DNA of 64,000 nt, from assembly GCA_965116925.1 (NCBI GenBank), contig OZ220744.1, forward strand, positions 256,001 to 320,000, given 5' to 3'. Numbering within the stretch: position 1 is the first letter of the stretch; every line of letters begins with the position of its first letter. The notes below the pieces were generated by a model. The model had not been told where the DNA came from. It saw nothing but the letters and a program-made list of their open reading frames with translations, and ran no database searches. The translations under genes were made by a program, and so were the position numbers. Shown here piece after piece: positions 59,938 to 64,000 of the stretch. This stretch comes from Candidatus Poribacteria bacterium (GTDB lineage: Bacteria; Poribacteria; WGA-4E; PCPOR2b).

Positions 59938-61152
59938 TCACCGTGCCTTAAAATTGACTGCCAATGCCTTCTCCAAATCTTCACGGGGGTGGACGCCAAA
60001 CCGCTGCTCAAAATTTCGGTCAAACGCTTCTTCCTCAGACGGATCCGGCGGCAAAGGCAGCGCAACCGGCTGCCGATTCATCCAAATTGATCTGCCGGCA
60101 GCCAAAACCATCTCCTGATCCGCCCTTCCCATCTCACCCGTCCAGAGTGGATCAACATCCTCCCGCACAGCGCGCCCAATCCCATCAAGCATCGTTGCCA
60201 ATGAGATGTTGCGTTCTTGGAGTCCTGCCTCCAAATACGGATTCTCCCATTCAATTGTTCCGCCCAATTCGTCCGGTAGTTCGACAAAGATCCGCTTAAT
60301 GACATTTGATTCAGCATATTCACGCTGAAATTCGTAAGTCCTCGCCTGACCTGCACGATCGGTGATATCTGCGGCGGTACAAACGTTAACCGTTTCACCT
60401 CCCGACGCGCCCTGATTGCCGTTGGTCACAATCGTGCCGCGCTCGCCACAGGTCTCGAAACCGACCAATGAGTTCCGACCGAGACGACTGTTTTTATTCC
60501 CAACCATTGCGATTCCGATGCCCCCGTTATCGAAATCAACAGCGTAGAATTCTAGACTTTCGGTATTGAAGTCACGTTTGGCGTGGTCGACGTAGGGAAC
60601 AACCGGCATCGTGTGGCTAATACTGCTGACAGCGACAGGCGTGGCATCCAGCCGGCACCGTATCGCAGCTAGACCGTGATACCCTGTCGTTGAAAAGAGA
60701 CGGTAACATTTGTGGACAGATCCGATGACATTTTCACGGAGGAGTTTGCAAACAAACTGTTCAACCGGGACAAACGGAAAGTTTTCGGAGGTTTGCAGTT
60801 TAGCACCGTGTTTCGCTGCCTCTTCAATCATCAGATCCATCAATCCAAGCGTTGGTGCGAGCGGAGTCTCGACGTTGTGATGGATGCCGCAACGCGATAA
60901 ATAGCAAGAGACCACATGATGCAGTTCCGCGGGTACGACAACATCGCAGACAGCCGGTTTCTCGCGGTCAACCATCTCGCGAACATCGGTATAAGGGTTC
61001 ACGTTGAACTGTGTCGCCCCTTCCTCCGCTGATGCCGGATGGGCATCGCAAACCGCTACAATTTCAAAGGTGTTCTTCAACGCTGCAGCAGTTTCAAGAT
61101 GTGATCGACCTCGACGACCATAACCGATGAGGGCATACTTCAAGCGTAACAT
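59938..61152 (-). CDS. Gfo/Idh/MocA family oxidoreductase
   Basis: LIGYGRRG, VETPLA. Confidence 0.85.
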   Translation of the reverse strand: MLRLKYALIGYGRRGRSHLETAAALKNTFEIVAVCDAHPASAEEGATQFNVNPYTDVREMVDREKPAVCDVVVPAELHHVVSCYLSRCGIHHNVETPLAPTLGLMDLMIEEAAKHGAKLQTSENFPFVPVEQFVCKLLRENVIGSVHKCYRLFSTTGYHGLAAIRCRLDATPVAVSSISHTMPVVPYVDHAKRDFNTESLEFYAVDFDNGGIGIAMVGNKNSRLGRNSLVGFETCGERGTIVTNGNQGASGGETVNVCTAADITDRAGQARTYEFQREYAESNVIKRIFVELPDELGGTIEWENPYLEAGLQERNISLATMLDGIGRAVREDVDPLWTGEMGRADQEMVLAAGRSIWMNRQPVALPLPPDPSEEEAFDRNFEQRFGVHPREDLEKALAVNFKAR

Positions 61153-61345
61153 AAATTACCTCTTAAAGTGGTGGTAATGCTGAATAACAATGCAATGATG
61201 TCTTGGCACTATATCTATGAGATTTTTCCCCAACCCCAAATTCGTGGGTAAAATGGGAAAATGTTGTACAGCTACATTTTGCTTCTACAATCAATAACTC
61301 AAGCGAACAACAGGTCAGATTCAACAATCTAACCTTGCCTCCAAT

Positions 61346-62089
61346 TTACTCATAGTGATCTGCGCCATGAGGCACACCCACCCCATTCTCCATCCGCAGC
61401 AGCTGCTTTTGGCGATCTGTGAGTAGATCTAGCCACTCCTCCGGGAAACGGTGATGTGGGTCTAGTTGAAACCGCATCATGGGACCAATCCGGTAGTGCC
61501 CGAAAATCGCATGACGATCCCGATCACCGGTATTTGCACCGCCACCGTGCCAGCACTGACCGTTAAAAACAAGAACACTTCCCGCTGGTGCGGTGGCTGT
61601 CGACACATGTTGGATTGCCACGTCTTCGGGCGGCGGGTTTATCCCACTTTTGTGTGTGCCGGGAACGATCCGGGTCGCCCCAATCTCCGGTGTAAAATCG
61701 TCCAGCATCCAGACCGTGTTCATCATGACAGGATTCTTCCCATCTTTCTTCATCAGATCCTCAAGGATGTCCCCATGCAGACGTTGCACCGGATCGCCGG
61801 GACGGACGATACGAGCGTTAAGACTACCGAGAATCAGCGGTACACGATTGGTCATTGTCCCTTCAAGTAGTGGCAAAATTCTCGGATGATCAATCGTCTT
61901 GAAGAAGACCGTATCCATTGTTGGCAGGTTCGAGATATGTATACAATCTCCCCGATCGACCCCCTTTTCATCTACCAATCGGACTAGAACCGCTTTCATC
62001 TCCGCCACTTCGTCAGGGGCGAGAACATTCTCAAGGATGGTGAAACCGTATACATCAATTTCAAATAATTCTTGCCTCAAATTAGACAT
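61346..62089 (-). CDS. PhyH family dioxygenase
   Basis: LHGD, GATRIVPGTH, WHGGGAN. Confidence 0.88.
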   Translation of the reverse strand: MSNLRQELFEIDVYGFTILENVLAPDEVAEMKAVLVRLVDEKGVDRGDCIHISNLPTMDTVFFKTIDHPRILPLLEGTMTNRVPLILGSLNARIVRPGDPVQRLHGDILEDLMKKDGKNPVMMNTVWMLDDFTPEIGATRIVPGTHKSGINPPPEDVAIQHVSTATAPAGSVLVFNGQCWHGGGANTGDRDRHAIFGHYRIGPMMRFQLDPHHRFPEEWLDLLTDRQKQLLRMENGVGVPHGADHYE

Positions 62090-62247
62090 ATTTCTTCCTC
62101 AATTGTACCGAACCTTCTAAATTTTCCTCAGACCCGGTAGGTGCGGTTTGAAACCGCACCGAATTCAGACCGTAGGTTGGGTTGAACGGTTAAAAGCAAA
62201 TCTCCATCAGCTACAATAGCCGTTCCATGTTTCAACAAGGCTCTCTT

Positions 62248-62974
62248 TTGACATACTCCCAAACCTAAAGGATTGGGATTCTCACCCGTTCCGTTAGGTG
62301 TGGAATTGCGCTATCAACAAGGACAGCTATCCGAAGATAGTCTTATGTCCTCTCCTTACGGGATTTGAAATAGGAATAGATACGTTTTCCTATCTTGATG
62401 CGATTGCCCGGCAGCAGTTGCCAACCTGCCTGAAGCAATGTGAAGGACTTATACTTGCGACGGGGCTTGAAACGAGGGCTGCCCCATCTCTTGCCTGAAG
62501 CACGCGCTTCAAACATCGCACGGTAGCCTTTGTCAATCCGTGCTGCTACGTCTTGTATCGCTTGACTGGGGAGTTGATTCCAATGGGCAAATCGGTGGGT
62601 TCGCTTCAGTTTGGAGATATGGTTTATCAACCTAAACTTGCTGATATATTTGCCATAGATAGCGTAGTAGCGACGCTGAAGGGCAACGCAGTGATTCCAG
62701 ACAGAAGCACGACCTTCTATCGTCTTATGCAACTCACCATTACCATGATTGCTATACAACTTGAACTTGTAAGTTTTCATCGGAGACTAGCTTTCTGGCT
62801 TTCATTTCCTGTGTGAAAGAATGTGGGAAGCACCACCGGGCGGTGGCGTCATACCTTCCCACGAAAGCCGAGACAAGTATACTATTTTTGACCTACAAAA
62901 TCAATGAAAAATCACGCTAAAGCGTGTGTATCCCAAATCTAAAGATTGGGGGTTTACACCTAAAGGGTTTTTTT
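62248..62974 (-). mobile_element. non-autonomous, internally deleted IS200/IS605-family (tnpB-only) element
   Basis: Matching subterminal hairpins TCCCAAA[CT]CTAAAG(G)ATTGGG at both ends; right end ..GGGAGTATGTCAA; TTTAT just outside the left end. Confidence 0.8.
62343..62780 (-). pseudogene. tnpB: truncated TnpB (N-terminal 145 aa, no RuvC)
   Basis: MKTYKFKLY..VWNH..L.SQAIQD..PRFK....YKSFTL; stops before RuvC-I. Confidence 0.85.
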
Positions 62975-62986
62975 ATAAATAATCTA

Positions 62987-63160
62987 AGTTGCTAGTTGCG
63001 TTACGATAGCACATACATGTCGCCCCGCTGGGGCTTTAAGGTTGGTTTTATCCTGTTTTCTATACACATGTCGCCCCGCTGGGGCTATGAGTCGGGCAAG
63101 ATGCCCGACCTACGGATACTGGGAGTCGCCTTTTACTGCATCGCATATAACTAGCAACTT
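62987..63160. repeat. TIR-bounded composite repeat with internal direct repeats
   Basis: AAGTTGCTAGTT..AACTAGCAACTT ends; two ACATGTCGCCCCGCTGGGGCT; inverted GTAG hairpin. Confidence 0.65.
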
Positions 63161-63242
63161 GCGTTATGGAATATCAGCCGAAAAGCAGAATTGCTAAAGA
63201 ATTTAATCACCTTATTGATGAGGTTTTAGAGAGGGTAGCCGC

Positions 63243-63599
63243 ATGAAAAAAGAACAGTTCAAGGGAAAAGGAAAAGCAATGTTAGGTGAGAAACCCATCG
63301 GTCAAAGACCGGAAAGTCTCGATGCGTTTCTTCAAGACGAACCTGATTCTGACATTCCATCACAGCCCCATAATGATGTTACGACACGCCGTCATGACGG
63401 AATGACGGAACGCAGGCAACCGACAATCAAGAGGAAAGGGAGTGATCGAACGGTACGCGAGGAGTTTCGATGTACCCCCGAATTAGCTGACCGGCTGAGT
63501 ACCTTTGTTTTTGAGCAAAAAAAGATTGCGCGAAGTTTGACCAAAACAGATGTTGTCCATGAAGCGTTGGAAGGATTTCTCAAACGGAAAGGGTATTAA
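63243..63599 (+). CDS. hypothetical protein with C-terminal ribbon-helix-helix-like region
   Basis: Disordered N-terminus, then REEFRC.PELADRL..KTDVVHEALE.FL. Confidence 0.55.
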   Translation: MKKEQFKGKGKAMLGEKPIGQRPESLDAFLQDEPDSDIPSQPHNDVTTRRHDGMTERRQPTIKRKGSDRTVREEFRCTPELADRLSTFVFEQKKIARSLTKTDVVHEALEGFLKRKGY

Positions 63600-64000
63600 A
63601 CACTAATCTTCATGCACTTCTCCTTAACTCCCGTCTAGTTCGATGATGCACCGTCCTGTAAGTTCTCCGCTGCACCAATGCAGCGTCCACCGCCTCCAAT
63701 CCGGTTCCCGCGGCACCCTCCCGGTGTATTCAAAAACGTGGGTAGTATATCCCGCCTGCCAAAAAAGAAAAATCCCCTCTTTTTTGTTGACTCAGTTTTG
63801 CGTATTTTGCTATATTCTTGAATAAGTCTTTCCGCGACAGGACTCCACTTCGCTAGCTTCAGCGTTACCTGTCGCTCCCCTTGGACGGGGATTGGAAAGG
63901 TTGGAAGGGTATCCCATCTATACAATCAAAGTCTATCTCACTGGCAGACCGTTATCTAGCTAGGACAGTGGCATGGACGAACTGTTTCTGTCTATTTTCC

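Noticed and set aside
63017..63087. Two 21-bp direct repeats resembling a mini CRISPR
   Set aside because: Only two units, inside a TIR-bounded repeat, no cas genes
63635..63925. 96-aa minus-strand ORF at the window end
   Set aside because: No recognisable motif or clear RBS

Overview
Bacterial chromosomal window of moderate GC. It is probably Candidatus Poribacteria; this is an inference from four PhyH dioxygenases, several Gfo/Idh/MocA genes and TolB-like propellers ending in an AV..xGK..T[ST]WG.[IF]K tail. It holds about 50 CDSs, the RNase P RNA gene (rnpB), a CIRCE-controlled groEL with a His-rich tail, an ECF sigma/anti-sigma operon, a HEPN-MNT pair, an internally deleted IS605-family tnpB element and many GTAG-REP, MITE and short tandem repeats. 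Main observations: (1) a mlaE-mlaF-mlaD(MCE)-spt-bacterial ceramide synthase cluster, suggesting sphingolipid synthesis coupled to an MCE transporter, preceded by a methyltransferase; (2) near-identical sigma54 promoters and a shared 22-bp-period upstream direct repeat in front of that methyltransferase and in front of a duplicated TolB-like gene pair, suggesting a regulon; (3) a second sigma54 promoter with triple palindromic sites driving four unknown exported proteins; (4) a small island at 45-47 kb with a symmetric Xer/dif-like site, two matching half-sites and genes of opposite strand-composition bias. All calls come from reading motifs by eye. No database search or computation was run, and some start codons were reassigned from RBS context.
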